64,000 nt of DNA from Mobula hypostoma. Its lineage: Eukaryota. Shown here one piece after another: positions 13,084 to 26,570 of this stretch. The position numbers and the translations under genes are program-made. Position 1 is the first letter of the stretch. Every line of letters starts with the position of its first letter. Under the pieces are notes generated by a model. It had not been told where the DNA came from and made no database searches. It saw only the letters and a program-made list of their open reading frames with translations. The stretch is from contig NC_086108.1 of NCBI RefSeq assembly GCF_963921235.1, positions 112,718,001 to 112,782,000 of the forward strand, in the 5' to 3' direction.

Positions 13084-13344
13084 GTCAACATAGCTCAGCC
13101 TTAAGGACCGTAGCTCTGGTTTTTTTCTTTGGGATTTTTCCTTTCAGAGATTAGATACAAGTAAATTGCATCCAGAACCAAATGTTACAATCTTTTTGTC
13201 ATTTTGCCAAAAAGTCATCTTATTCTGTGAAACAAAACCACAAGAAGACACAAAGCACACCCACTGCTGTAAGACCTATCATCATTAAACAATGGGCTGA
13301 GTGTGATACACAACACCTAATCTTAACACTGCCAAAGATGTTGA

Positions 13345-14204
13345 CACCAGCCTCCGGATCCAGCACATTATCCTCCTCAACTTCCGCCACCTTCAACAGG
13401 ACCCCATCACTAAGCACATCTTTCCCTCTCTACCCCTCTCCGCTTTCCACAGGGATCGGTCCCTCTGCGACTCCCTGGTCCACACGTCCCTCCCCACGGA
13501 TCTCCCACCCGGCACTTATCCCTGTAAGCGTAAGTGCTACACCTGTCCCTACACCTCCTCTCTTGCCACCATTCAGGACCCCAAAAAGTCCTTCCAAGTG
13601 AGGCAACACTTCACTTGTGAGTCTGCTGGGGTCATCTATTGCATCCGGTGCTCCCGGTGCGGCCTCCTCTACATCGGTGAAACCCGATGCAGATTGGGGG
13701 ACCGCTTCGTCGAGCACCTCCGCTCCCTCTGCCAAAACAGACAGGATCTCCCAGTAGCCACCCACTTTAACTCTGCTTCCCACTCCCGTTCAGATATGTC
13801 CATACATGGCCTCCTCTACTGCCATGATGAGGCTAAACTCAGGTTGGAGAAGCAACACCTCACCCTACCCCTATTTCCCTCTGCCCCCTCCCCCAGCTGC
13901 CTATCACCTCCCTCATGGTTCCGCCTCCTTCTACTACCCATTGTGTTTTCCCCTATTCCTTCTTCACCTTTCCTGCCTGTCACCTCCCTGCTTCCCCTTT
14001 CCCACCCCTTTATCTTTTCCCTTACTGGTTTTTCACCTGGAACCTACCAGCCTTCTCCGTCCCACCCTCCCCCCACCTTCTTTATAGGGCCTCTGCTCCT
14101 TCCCTCTACAGTCCTGACGAAGGGTTCCGGCCCGAAATGTCGACTGATCGTTTCCACGGATGCTGCCCGGCCTGCTGAGTTCCTCCAGCGTGTTGTGAGT
14201 GTTG
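13345..14204 (+). mobile_element. 5'-truncated Penelope-like element (GIY-YIG endonuclease end + pLTR)
   Basis: Encodes HFTCESAGVIYCIRCSRCGLLYIGET...RFVEH (GIY-YIG). 12-bp TSD CAAAGATGTTGA at 13333-13344 and 14205-14216. Small internal deletion near 13861. Confidence 0.93.
14109..14146 (+). ncRNA. Minimal type I hammerhead ribozyme motif in Penelope pLTR
   Basis: CAGTC-CTGACGA-A-GGG TTCCGG CCC-GAAA-T-GTC-GACTG: stem I CAGTC/GACTG, CUGANGA core, stem II GGG/CCC, GAAA, GUC cleavage triplet. Confidence 0.8.
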
Positions 14205-14339
14205 CAAAGATGTTGAAGAGCTTGTTCAACCCCAAATTGGAAGCATGAAAATGCAAATAGAGATTGAATCAACATACTGAATTCTACAAATTCAAAAGGA
14301 AGATTATTCAGCATTTACTAAAATATCCTTAGTATTCAC

Positions 14340-14472
14340 TTCCTTATTCTGGCTTCTCCCCACTTTCCTTCCAGCCCTGATGAAGGGTGTCCGCCCAAAA
14401 CATCGACTCTTTATTCCTCTCCACAGATGCTGCTGAGCAGCTGAGTCCCTCCAGCACGTTCTGTGTGCTGCT
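14340..14472 (+). mobile_element. Degenerate Penelope pLTR remnant (mirror at ~44656-44788)
   Basis: CAGCCCTGATGAAGGGTGTCCGCCCAAAACATCGACT, with GAAA decayed to AAAA, followed by the GATGCTGC...CCTCCAGCA tail. Confidence 0.7.
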
Positions 14473-15821
14473 TTAGTATTCGAAGTTCAAATTATTGATC
14501 AGAGGACATAGTCACGCTATATTACCCTGAGACTCACTTTCTTGTCGACATTCACAGTAAATACAGGAAACACAATAGAATCAATGAAAGATCACACCCA
14601 ACAGGACAAGCAAGACAACCCGCATACAAAACATGCAAATACAAAAGAGAAACGAAGTAAAAAATAAGTCATGTGTAAAGCGAGTAGGGCAGGGAGGTTA
14701 GCACCTGTGCTAACTAGTGAATATTGATACGCATGAAATTTAGAGGGCTCCTTAAGATTGTCACAGCTGGGGGTGGGGTGGGGAGGGTAGTGGGGATAAG
14801 CTCCCATTACCTATTAAATGCTCCCAGTGGCACAAATCTCAAATAAACTCTGACAACCGATTCCAGCTCCTGGCCTAGCTACTAAACCCAACAGAACCAT
14901 TTCCACTGACTGGAGAAGGGTTAGTGGGTGGGTTACTGGCGCCATAAAACCAGTCGCTCTGGGTAGATGGGACTTGTCAGCCGTGATTGGCAGCTCATCC
15001 AGAAGAAGGAAAACTTTGATCTCAAATCTCTGCTGCCCTGTGGCTATACTCACTCATGGGGGAGGCTTTGGGAGTAAACCCAGAGGAAAAATTCAGATCT
15101 GGAGTCCCTAAGGCAGTCCTACATTGAGCCCAATGCTGACTGGCAACTCCTGCGACGTCACTGGTGCCAAACTGTATCAGTCTCTGCCGTTGCTTTAGAT
15201 TCAGTAGCAGCGTGGAGAAGGGGAGCTTGCTACATGGACAACAGCTTGCTCTCCACATTGTACTGCCGTGGGTTGTGTCATCTAGACAACAAGAATGCAA
15301 CACCCATGGTCGACATCGACCCATGGAGGCTTCAGCAAGTGTTTATCATGAACAATGGCTTGTATGACATTGCTGTGAAGATGGTTTAAAGTTTAGTATC
15401 AGTGGGCCTGGTGACTTATGAGTAGTGTAGCACTCTGCAGCGTCAGCTGTAAGCTTGGGCTCCAAATACCCTCGCTGCCTGCAAGACCGTAGGCTATAGG
15501 AGCAGAATTAGGCCATTCGGCCCATTGAGTCTGTTCTGCCATTTCATCATGGATGATCCAACTCTTCCTCTCTGTCCCAGTCTCCTGTCTCCCCCCATAC
15601 ATCTTTCTGCCCTAAACAATGAAAGATCCATCAACCTCTGCCTTAAATACACCCAATGACTTGACCTCCACAGCTGCCTGTGGCAATGAATTCCGCAGAT
15701 TCACCACCCTCTGGCTAAAGAAATTCCTCCTCATCTCCGTTCTAAAAGAGGAATTGCTGCGTGCTTTTTCTTGCAAATCAATCTACAGGCCATGAAACCC
15801 AGGATCTTGGGTCATATTATT

Positions 15822-16036
15822 ACAACACACACAAAATGCTGGAGGAACTCAGCAGGCCAGGCAGTATTGAGGAAAAGAGTACAGTCAATGTTTCGGGCCA
15901 AGTCCTGCCGAAGGGTTTTGGTCCGAAACGTCGACTGTACTCTTTTCCTAGATGCTGCCTGACCTGCTGAGTTCCTCCAGCATTTTGTGTGTGTTGCTTG
16001 GATTTCCAGCATCTGCAGATTTTCTGTTGTTTGTGA
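15822..16036 (+). mobile_element. Hairpin mini-element derived from Penelope pLTR ends (mirror at 43092-43306)
   Basis: ~75-bp inverted arms around a hammerhead-like centre. 15-bp TSD TTGGGTYATATTATT (15807-15821, 16037-16051). Confidence 0.88.
15901..15936 (+). ncRNA. Variant hammerhead motif (CUGCCGA core) at the centre of a hairpin mini-element
   Basis: AGTC CTGCCGA AGGGTTTTGGTCC GAAAC GTC GACT. The same CTGCCGA variant occurs at ~7938. Confidence 0.55.
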
Positions 16037-17812
16037 TTGGGTTATATTATTTCCTATATTATTCTGCTATCATAATGATATGCACTGTGTGCTGTTGGTA
16101 CTTCTTTTGCCATCAAAAGGTGGCCATGTAGGGGCCAGTGACATAACGAAGGTTGGGAACCCCTGCCTAGGAGGAGCACTGCTTTGTTCAGCTATATTCA
16201 TGTACAAGGTTAAATAACAATTAAACCTGAACTTGAGATATTCCTTGGGCGGATTAAGTTGAAAACATTTGAATATTGGGCAGAGGGAAAATTTTAAGCA
16301 CCTGACATAGTTGAAAAAATGTTCACATATATGTTTCTTCAAAAGCTGGAACACTGGAACACAGAATACGAGAGTGGGCACTGGGTACTCAAACCAGAAC
16401 GTTGGACTAAATATTCGACAACATGAACCGAGAACTGTATGGACCCAAATTTGAGCAGTTTTGCAACAAAAGACGAGGCTTGAAACTTTGTACTTTCCTG
16501 TTGAAATTACATCTTCCTTGCACAATTTTATAATATAAATTTACCCTGTTAGACCTGAAATACAAGGTGGAAATTGGAAGGCTAACCATATTTTTAAATA
16601 ACTGTGTTTTTTTAAATGTATTGTGCTGCATTGCTGTCTCAACGCAATAAATTTCCGGACTTGCGTTCCTGGATATCAACATCGCTCAGGATCCATCCTG
16701 GCCCCAACATGTTGATTGAATTACAAAGAGGAGCTTGAGGAGATTTGGTATGTCACCAAGTTTCTACAGATTACTGTGGAGAGCATTCTAACTGGCAGCA
16801 TCACCATCTGGTACGGAGGGGTGGGGGCCACTACACAGGACTGGAAAAAGCTGCAGAGAGTTGTGAACTCAGCCAGCTCCATCATGGGCACCAGCCTCCC
16901 CAGCACCAAGGACATCTTCTGGAGGAAGGCGATGATGCCAGCAAGCAAATCGACCAAAAGCAACGTCCTTCAGAAAGCTCTTCCTCACTGCACCTGGAGT
17001 AGGGGGCCTGCGTTTGATCGGTCTCTCTCTCTCCTTCTCCCTCTTGCTCAACACTCCCACAGTGTTGGTAAGATTTAACTGATGCGGTTTGTGGACTGGA
17101 CTCTATCATTCATATTATGATTTATTTCTGATTACCCTTTGTTTATTGCTATTTTGTGCAATTTTGATCGGGGTGGGGCGCAGTCATCGAACAAGACAGC
17201 GCTAAACTGAACTGAACTGAACATTCCTAAACTGTTTTGAGGTTTTATATTCTCTGTCTTTCAAACTCTTTTTTTTACTGTTTGTGTGATTTGTTTGTAC
17301 GGTGGGTGTTTGATGTTTTCTTTGAACAGGTTTCAGTTTCTTTCTTTTGTGGCAGTTTGTGGGAAGATGAATCTCAGGGTTGTATACTGCATGCATATTT
17401 GATAATAAATATACTTTGAATTCTCGAAAAGGCAGCGTCCACCATTAAGAACTGCCACCCCCCATCACCCAGGACATGACCTACTTTTCACGGATGGACT
17501 GGGCAGATCACATCTACATCAAGGAGGAGATAAAGGAGCCTGAAGACACACACTCAAGACTTTAGGAACAGTTTCTTCCCCTCAAATTTCCGAAAAGGCA
17601 ATGAACCCGTGTATACTACCTCACTATTTTCCCTCTCTTCTTGTACTGCTTATTTAATTTTCTTTTTTATATATTACATATAACTTATATTTTTATAAAT
17701 GTATTGCAAAGTATTACAGCCACAAAACAACAATTTTCACAAAATATGCCAGTGATATTAAACCTAATTGAAAACATGAGAATGGGCACTCGAACTGGAA
17801 CGAGTCATAGTT

Positions 17813-18612
17813 ATACTTTTATTGATCCCGGGGGAAATTGGTTTTCATTACAGTTGCACCATAAATAATATAGTAATAAAACCATAATTAAATAGTAATA
17901 AACCATAAATAGTTAAATAGTAATATGTAAATTATGCCAGGAAATAAGTCCAGGACCACCCTATTGGCTCAGGGTGTCTGACCCTCCAAGGGAGGAGTTG
18001 TAAAGTTTGATGGCCACAGGCAGGAATGACTTCCTATGATGCTCTGTGCTGCATCTCGGTGGAATGAGTCTCTGGCTGAATGTACTCCTCTGCCCAACCA
18101 GTACATTATGTAGTGGATGGGAGACATTGTCCAAGATGGCATGCAACTTGGACAGCATCCTCTTTTCAGACACCACCGTCAGAGAGTCCAGTTCCATCCC
18201 CACAACATCACTGGCCTTACGGATGAGTTTGTTGATTCTGTTGGTGTCTGCTACCCTCAGCCTGCTGCCCCAGCACACAACAGCAAACATGATAGCACTG
18301 GCCACCACAGACTCGTAGAACATCCTCAGCATCGTCCGGCAGATGTTAAAGGACCTCAGTCTCCTCAGGAAATAGAGACGGCTCTGTCCCTTCTTGTAGA
18401 CAGCCTCAGTGTTCTTTGACCAGTCCAGTTTATTGTCAATTCATATCCCCAGGTATTTGTAATCCTCCACCATGTCCACATTGACCCCCTGGATGGAAAC
18501 AGGGGTCACCGGTACCTTAGCTCTCCTCAGGTCTACCACCAGCTCCTTAGTCTTTTTCACATTAAGCTGCAGATAATTCTGCTCACACCATGTAACAAAG
18601 TTTCCTATCGTA
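17813..18612 (-). mobile_element. Rex1/Babar-type LINE 3' fragment (mirror ~40516-41315)
   Basis: MLRMFYESVVASAIMFAVVCWGS...RINKLIRKASDVVG...RKSFLPVAIKLYN C-terminal domain. Confidence 0.82.
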
Positions 18613-18846
18613 GCCGTAAAGACTTGATATCATCAACAGAAATGAATGGAGATGGATTCGAACAGTTTAGCAAGAAAAGACACAAGGCTTGAAATTCAGC
18701 ACTATCACTTTCTTACTGAAATTACATTTCCCTCACATCATTCCTCATTGCAAATTTACCCTGCAAAGTCTGAAAGAAGAGGTGTAAATTGAACAGTTGA
18801 TTCACATTTCACATTTTGAATCATATTCTAAATAGCTTATAAATAG

Positions 18847-19718
18847 TTGGGTGACAGGTTGGAGATACGTCTCTACCAAAGGAGATGCAAGGTGCTCCTT
18901 CCCTCCTCTGGCCTACAGGTCACCCTTGGGCGAGGTGCAGCATCTGCTCAGCCCCCTGATCAGGGTCACCTGAAGCCATGGGAGCAGGTGGTGGATGGTC
19001 CTATGAGCAGCTGTTGCACATCACAAGTCCTGGTTATGCGACCACTGACGCCAGGCAGACAATCTCTGAAGATTATTGATATTGGCTGGGGTCACCCGTC
19101 TTGTAAAGACACTGCCCAGAAGGTGGCAATGGCAAACCACTTCTACAGAAAAGTTCGCCAAGAACAATCACGGTCCTGGAAAGACTGTGATTGCCCTCAT
19201 CATATGAGGCAGCACATAACGAACAGAAGAGTGGGGTGTATGGAGTGTCTAGGGAGGGGTAACACCACTGGTAAAGGGGCATGTTGTGTCCATTCTGGGG
19301 TAGCTCACTCACCTTCTGTCCCCAGCCGACACTCAGATCCTCACCTGTGGCTCCAAGTAGCTGTTTGCATATGACAGTGGCCACATCCTGGTTCACCGCT
19401 TCAACAGGCGGGCTAAACCAGGTGAGGAGAGCTGGCAGGCTTCATGCCCGGTTGAGATGGGGACATGCCTGTCCTAGCAGGCAAAGTCAGCACCAGCAGA
19501 CAGGCAGATGAGATCTACAGAGAGACCCAAAGGCCAGGAGGATAGTAGTGCAATGCTCGGCAGACAGCACAGGAAGTCGCGGTCACCCACTGCAACCAAG
19601 GAAGACCCCAGTTATGACGCTGTTCATACCAGTGGACCTGGACTTTGGAGGTCAAGAGAATGGAACTGCCCCAGTGTAACGCTTTTCCATTTTAAAAACT
19701 CTGCACAGGTTTCCTGTC
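18847..19718 (+). repeat. Two adjacent RTE-related non-autonomous elements (mirror ~39410-40281)
   Basis: GGCAATGGCAAACCACTTCT resembles the BovB/Sauria-SINE tail motif. The second part resembles RTE 5' UTRs. Family assignment is by recall. Confidence 0.5.
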
Positions 19719-19719
19719 A

Positions 19720-20125
19720 CATAGAAACATAGAAAATAGGTGCAGGAGTAGGTCATTCGGTCCTTCGAGCCTGCACCGCCATTCAGTATGATCATGGCTG
19801 ATCATCCAACTCAGAACCCTGTACCAGCCTTCCCTCATACCCCCTGATCCCTTTAGCCACGAGGGCCATATCTAACTCCCTCTTAAATATAGCCAATGAA
19901 CTGGCCTCAACTGTTTCCTGTGGCAGAGAATTCCACAGATTCACCACTCTCTGTGTGAAGAAGTTTTTTTCTCATCTCGGTCCTAAAAGGCTTCCCCTTT
20001 ATCCTCAAACTGTGACCCCTCGTTCTGGACTTCCCCAACATCGGGAACAATCTTCCTGCATCTAGCCTGTCCAATCCCTTTAGAATTTTATACGTTTCAA
20101 TAAGATCATCCCTCAATATTCTAAC
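19720..20125 (-). mobile_element. CR1 3' fragment (mirror ~39016-39408)
   Basis: DLIETYKILKGLDRLDAGRLFPMLGKSRTRGHSLRIKG, with a (CATAGAAA)n tail. Confidence 0.88.
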
Positions 20126-20503
20126 CGTCGGATACAACGGACAACTTAAGTCTTTTTAAAACGTATTGCACTGTACTGCTGCCACAAAACAAATTTCAGG
20201 TGATAATACACAAAACCAGTGATAGTAAACCCGATTCAGATTCAATCACATCAGTTGGGACAGGGATTAGAAACACCACGTTAATCGCTAAATCATTGAT
20301 CACAAAGGAAATTATTAACCAAACTCACCCTATCAGGACAAAAATCTATATAGTACATCCAAATTACAAAAATACTGCAAAACACTAGTATAATTTTAAG
20401 AAACTTCTGCTTGAAGGAATCTTAACCCTTCGCGTACTCACATAGAGAGAGGTAGCTAGAGGGGTAAATTTACTAGAAGGGTGTAGGGAAATGGAGAGGG
20501 TCA

Positions 20504-21760
<1,257 letters not shown>

Positions 21761-22719
21761 GGGGAAAGCACAAACTCCATTCCTGCCCCCTTTGGCACTC
21801 GCCGACAGAGCCCCCTCTACGGCAAATGCCAAATCATCTGCCACGTACACACCTAGTAAACAAGGACACCGGTGTCAGAATCCTCCAAGAGGACCTTGCT
21901 GCAGGGTGTGGAGGATTGTGTGCTTCAATGACCCGGAGATCTACCCCTGCTAGAGTCAGGTCAAACTAAGAGCGGCCCACCACTCCTCCAGTTCGGGGTT
22001 CAGCTCTGGGCTAACAACCCCGACTGGCCAAAAACTGTTGGAAACAGCAATTAAGAATCCTTCTATATAGACAAACGGAACACCTGCAATGCTGCCCTAA
22101 ACCAGTAACATAACGTGCAGTAAGTCCTGACAGAATGCTGTGCCTGGATTTCAGTTCAGTATTCAACACCATCGTCCTACAGACCTTGGTGAACAAATTT
22201 CAAACTTCCTACTCTGTGCAAGACTTCCAACTAACAGACCTCAGAAAGTCAGGAAACTTCACCTTCCCCATCATCCTCAACACGGGTGCCCCCCCCCCCC
22301 ACCGGGACTGGGTGCCGAGCCCACTGCTGTACACCCTGCTCACCCATGACTGCAGGGCCAAGCAGCCCAGTAATCACATTGTCAAGTTCATCGATGACCC
22401 GAGACGCCCCACAGAGAGGAAGTGGGAGAGCTCTGGTCCTGGTGCCAGGCAAATGACAAAACGAAGGAGATGCTTATCGATTTCAGGAGAATTCTCGCCC
22501 CCCACATCCCTTTTTACATCAGCAGCACCGCGGTGGAAACTGTGAGCGGTTTCAAACTCCTGGGCGTGCACAACCCCTCATGGTCCCAGAACACATCCTA
22601 CACAGTCAAGAAAGCCCTCCAACACCTCTACTTTCTGAGGAGGTTGAAGGGAGTTAGAAAATGAACATCTATACTCACATCATTCCACAGATGGGGGAAG
22701 GCTACATTGCAGCCGCACC

Positions 22720-23275
22720 AGGACAGTTTTGATCTCCAAATTTCAGGAAGGACATTCTTGCTTTTGAGGGAGTGCAGCGTAGGTTCACAAGGTTAATTCC
22801 CGGGATGGCGGGACTGTCATATGTTGAAAGATCGGAGCGACTGGGCTTGTATACTCTGGAATTTAGAAGGCTGAGAGGGGGTCTTATTGAAACATATAAG
22901 ATTATTAAGGGATTGGACACGCTGCAGGCAGGAAGCATGTTCCCGCTGATGGATGAGTCCAGAACCAGGGGCCACAGTTTAAGAATTAAGGGTAGGCCAT
23001 TTAGAACGGAGTTGGGGAAAAACTTTTTCACCCAGAGAGTGGTGGATATATGGAATGCTCTGCCCCAGAAGGCTGTGGAGGCCAAGTCTCTGGATGCTTT
23101 CAAGAAAGAGATGGATAGAGCTCTTAAAGATAGTGGAATCAAAGGTTATGGGGATAAGGCAGGAACTGGATACTGATTGTGGATGATCAGCCGTGATCAC
23201 AGTAAATGGCGGTGCTGGCTCGAAGGGCCGAATGGCCTACTCCTGCACCTATTGTCTATTGTCTATTGTCTATTG
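22720..23275 (+). mobile_element. Young CR1 3' fragment nested in a Rex1-type fragment (~22135-23555)
   Basis: QRRFTRLIPGMAGLSYVER...SRTRGHSLRIKG...NFFTQRVVDIWNALP, with a (CTATTGT)n tail. Host encodes LDFSSVFNTI and SPLLYTLLTHDC. Confidence 0.9.
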
Positions 23276-23994
23276 ACTCAAAAACAGCGACTTACCCCAA
23301 GCAGTAAGGCTGATCAACACCTCCACCCACTAACCCCACCACTACTTTAAGTATTTTCTGTCGGTCACCTTATGTACACCTTTATGGACATGCAATCAAT
23401 TTATGATTAAAAGCTATCTTATGCATTTATATTTATTGTGTTGTTTATTATTTATGTTTTTAAATCCTTTTTTAGTGCTGCTTTGGATCCGGAGTAACAG
23501 TTATTTCATTCTCCTTTACACTGGAAATGACATTAAACAATCTTGAATCTTGAATCTCATGTCTGGGTATGCTTCCCCACCTGTCACATTCTCTTCCTTT
23601 TCCATTTGCCCTCCCTCCTTTAGTTTCCATCAGTAGCCCTGTCTGATCCTGCCCTGCCACTTCCCCTATTACCCCCTCAACCCCTTTCTCCTGCCTTCTC
23701 CCGGTAACCTTTGACACCCTGACTAATCAAGAGCCTATTAACCTCCACCTTAGATATAGCCAATGACTTGGCCTCCACCGCTGTCAGTTGCCCGCAATTC
23801 CACTGGCTAAAGAAATTGCTCCTCAATTCTGTTCTAAAGGCAAGGCCTTGTATTTGGAGGCGGTGCCCGCTGGCCCCAGACTCCTCCACGATAGGAAACG
23901 TTCTCTCCGCGTCCACTCTATCTTGGCCTTTCAATATTCGATGGGTTTTAATAAACTCCGCTCTCATTAGGTACAGGCCCTGAGCCAGTCAATG

Positions 23995-24215
23995 GGGCAA
24001 CACGGTAGCGTCATTGGTAGCACAACGCTCTACAGTACCAGCGCCACGGGTTCAACTCCCGCCATTGCCTGGTTGGAGTTTGGACGTTCTCCCCACGGAC
24101 GCGGGGGTTGCCTCCGGGTGCTCCGGTTTCTTTCTACAGTCCAAAGTCCTACAGGTTACGTTGGTAGGTTAATTTGTCATTGTCATTTGTCCCATGAATA
24201 CACTAGGATTAGAAG
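23995..24215 (+). mobile_element. tRNA-derived V-SINE (HE1-like); other copies at ~1000-1240 minus, 3575-3980, 7280-7490, 28270-28415, 30280-30545
   Basis: GGGCAACACGGTAGCG head, GGTTCAACTCC B box, V-domain-like CTCCGGGTGCTCCGGTTTC...CAGTCCAAAG. Confidence 0.75.
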
Positions 24216-25204
24216 GCAAGACTGATAGAGGCTGCATTCTTAAACTTTTAGGGGGAAAGAACTACTGAAGATTAAGTGATTGCACATTAAAATTCTTAAA
24301 AGTAAACTACTATTTATATTTATAAACTTACTATTCCTACTTTGCGCCCGATGGTACCAGATGGCGCCTACGCCCTAACGAGTGCTTGGACTTTCTCCGG
24401 GCTTCTGTTCCCCGATCGATTCGCTTTCTCCGCCAGTAAACTATACTGGGAAGCCACTCTTGCTCTCGCCTCGTTAGGCCAGCAACTTCACCACTATCGA
24501 ATTATCGGCTCGCTTTCTCGTCGAAAACACGCCGAGCGCCTCGATGACAGCCAGCTCCAGCGAAATGCGCAGGCAAAAGCGAAAACACCGGCCGCCCAAA
24601 ACAAGGTATCTGCTGGGGAAAAAAACATCTTTTGCGGCCCCTGTAAGGCGACCAAACGTGTAAGCAGCCGCGTCCAAATTTTAAAGTAGAACAAAACTTA
24701 ATTTAAACAGAACGAAAGGATGCTACAGGTATAACCAAACCTTTTTCTCACACTCTCCCAACAGCGCGCACAGTAGGAAGATTGTTGGGCGATGCGGCTC
24801 GAAAAGCCGAGGGGTCTATTCCGCGCTGTATCTCAACAAATAAATACATAACTATTCATTTCCCCCCTCATCCTACCTTCCCTCCCCATATTCTCTCTTC
24901 CCACCAACCCTTTTGAGGCCTCCGCTGTTCAGGGTCGACATGGATGTCGCGTCCCGGCTCTCCACGGGATACACAACCCAGGGGAGTGTGACATGGAGAG
25001 CGAGCTGTTACCCGTGCGGCAGGCTCCCCCGCTCCACGCTGCTGATGAATCCAAAGGAACGGCAGACACCGGTACAGCCTGGCACCAGCAGCATCGCAGG
25101 AGTTGCCAGTCAGTTTTGAACTCAACATAGGACTGCCTTAGGGACTCAACTTGCGTATTTTTCCCCTCGGAGTTTACTCCCGAAGCCCTCCCCATGAGTG
25201 GGTA

Positions 25205-25411
25205 TTGGGGTAAACCATATATATGTTGTAACTGGGTTAACTGTCTGGACACGCCCCTCTGCCGACTGCCCCTGAATAAAGGTGATTTCTCCTTGCCCTT
25301 CCCCCTCAGGCTGGGGGCAGACACTCAGCATGGAAGTCGTATTTTACGGCGAATAAAAGCCTTTCAGTATTTACCCTACTTCAGTCTTTTGGAGTTACTG
25401 AAGGTGCTTCG
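25205..25411 (+). mobile_element. Short degenerate solo LTR inserted in a non-coding repeat
   Basis: 4-bp TSD GGTA (25201-25204, 25412-25415) interrupting the host motif GAGTGGGTA|CAGCCGCAAGG. Internal AATAAA. Termini are TT...CG rather than TG...CA. Confidence 0.6.
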
Positions 25412-25664
25412 GGTACAGCCGCAAGGCAGCGGAGGTTTGGGATCAGAGTTTTCTTTCTCAATGATCAGCTGCCAACCACGGCTGACGAGCCCCCATCTGC
25501 CCGACGCAACTAGTTTCGTGGAGCCCGTAACCCGTCTTTGCCCCTTCTCCTGTCAGTAGAAACGGTTCCGCCGGACTTAGTAACTAAGCCGCACGAAGGC
25601 CAGGAGCTGGACTTGGTTGTCAGTGGCCAATTGAGATGAACGCCATTGGGAGCATTTAATAGGT

Positions 25665-26570
25665 GAAGTCACAGAGTCATGTTAAACTACAGCACAGAAA
25701 CCTGCTCTTCAGCCGATCCAGTTCATGCCAATCTGGTTCCACCACCTGCACCTGGACTACAGCCTCCGTACCCCTCCCATCTATGTACCTATCCAAACTT
25801 CCCTTCAATGCTGAAATAGTAACTGGATTGGCAGCTTTTTACACTCTCGCCTCCCACTGAGTGAAGAAATTTCCCCCAGTGTTCCCCATAAATATTTTAC
25901 CTTCCACGTTTAACCCATGACCTCTGATTGTAGTCTCACCCAACCTCAAAGGAAAAAACCTGCTTGCGTTTACCCTGTCTATACCCCTCATAATTTTGTT
26001 TACCTCTGTCAAATCTCCCCTCAATCTTCTACGTTCCAAGGAATAAAGTTCTAACCTGTTCAATCTTTCCTTATAATTCAGGTCCTCCTCTCTCGGTAAC
26101 ATCCTTGTAAATCTTCTCTGAACTCTTTCAACCCTACTTGCATCTTTCCTGTAGGTTGGTGATCGTAATTGTACATAGTAACTCCAAATTAGGCCTCACC
26201 AATATCTTATACAACTTCAACATACCGTCCCATCCCCGGTACTTAGTACTTCGACCAATGATGGCCAATGTGCTAAAAGCTTCCTTTATGACCCTATCTG
26301 CCTGTGGCGTCACTTTCAATGAATTATGGACCAGTATTCCCAGATGCCTTTGTTCTACCACACTCCTCAGTGCCCTACTGCTCACTGTTTAAGACTACCC
26401 TGGTTGATCCTCCCAAAGTGCAACTCCTTGCACTTGCCCACATTAAATTTCATCTGCTATTTTACAGCCCATTTCCAGCTGTTCCAGATCCTGCTGCAAG
26501 CCATGATAGTCTTCCTCAATGCCCACTACACACCCAATCATCCACAAATTCGCTGATCCAATTAACCAGG
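25665..26570 (-). mobile_element. CR1 3' fragment
   Basis: LNYKERLNRLELYSLERRRLRGDL and MLKLYKILVRPNLE. Confidence 0.82.

Larger units (their letters stand above)
13879..20312 (+). repeat. Left (donor) arm of ~6.4 kb inverted segmental duplication, inside ddah1 intron 1
   Basis: Reverse complement of 38829-45249. ORF-track translations mirror almost exactly, with coordinate sum 59128 (e.g. 18847..19374+ vs 39754..40281-). Ends were located by direct comparison. Confidence 0.97.

Noticed and set aside
16070..16525. 151-aa ORF present twice identically (also 42603-43058)
   Set aside because: Identity reflects the segmental duplication. It has a non-ATG start and no recognisable domain or exon signals.
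18847..18975. HDV-like ribozyme at the 5' end of an RTE-related repeat (GGGTGAC...GTCACCC stem)
   Set aside because: A P1-like stem is present, but I could not place P2, P3/L3, P1.1 and the catalytic C convincingly. An RNArobo or Infernal search would be needed.
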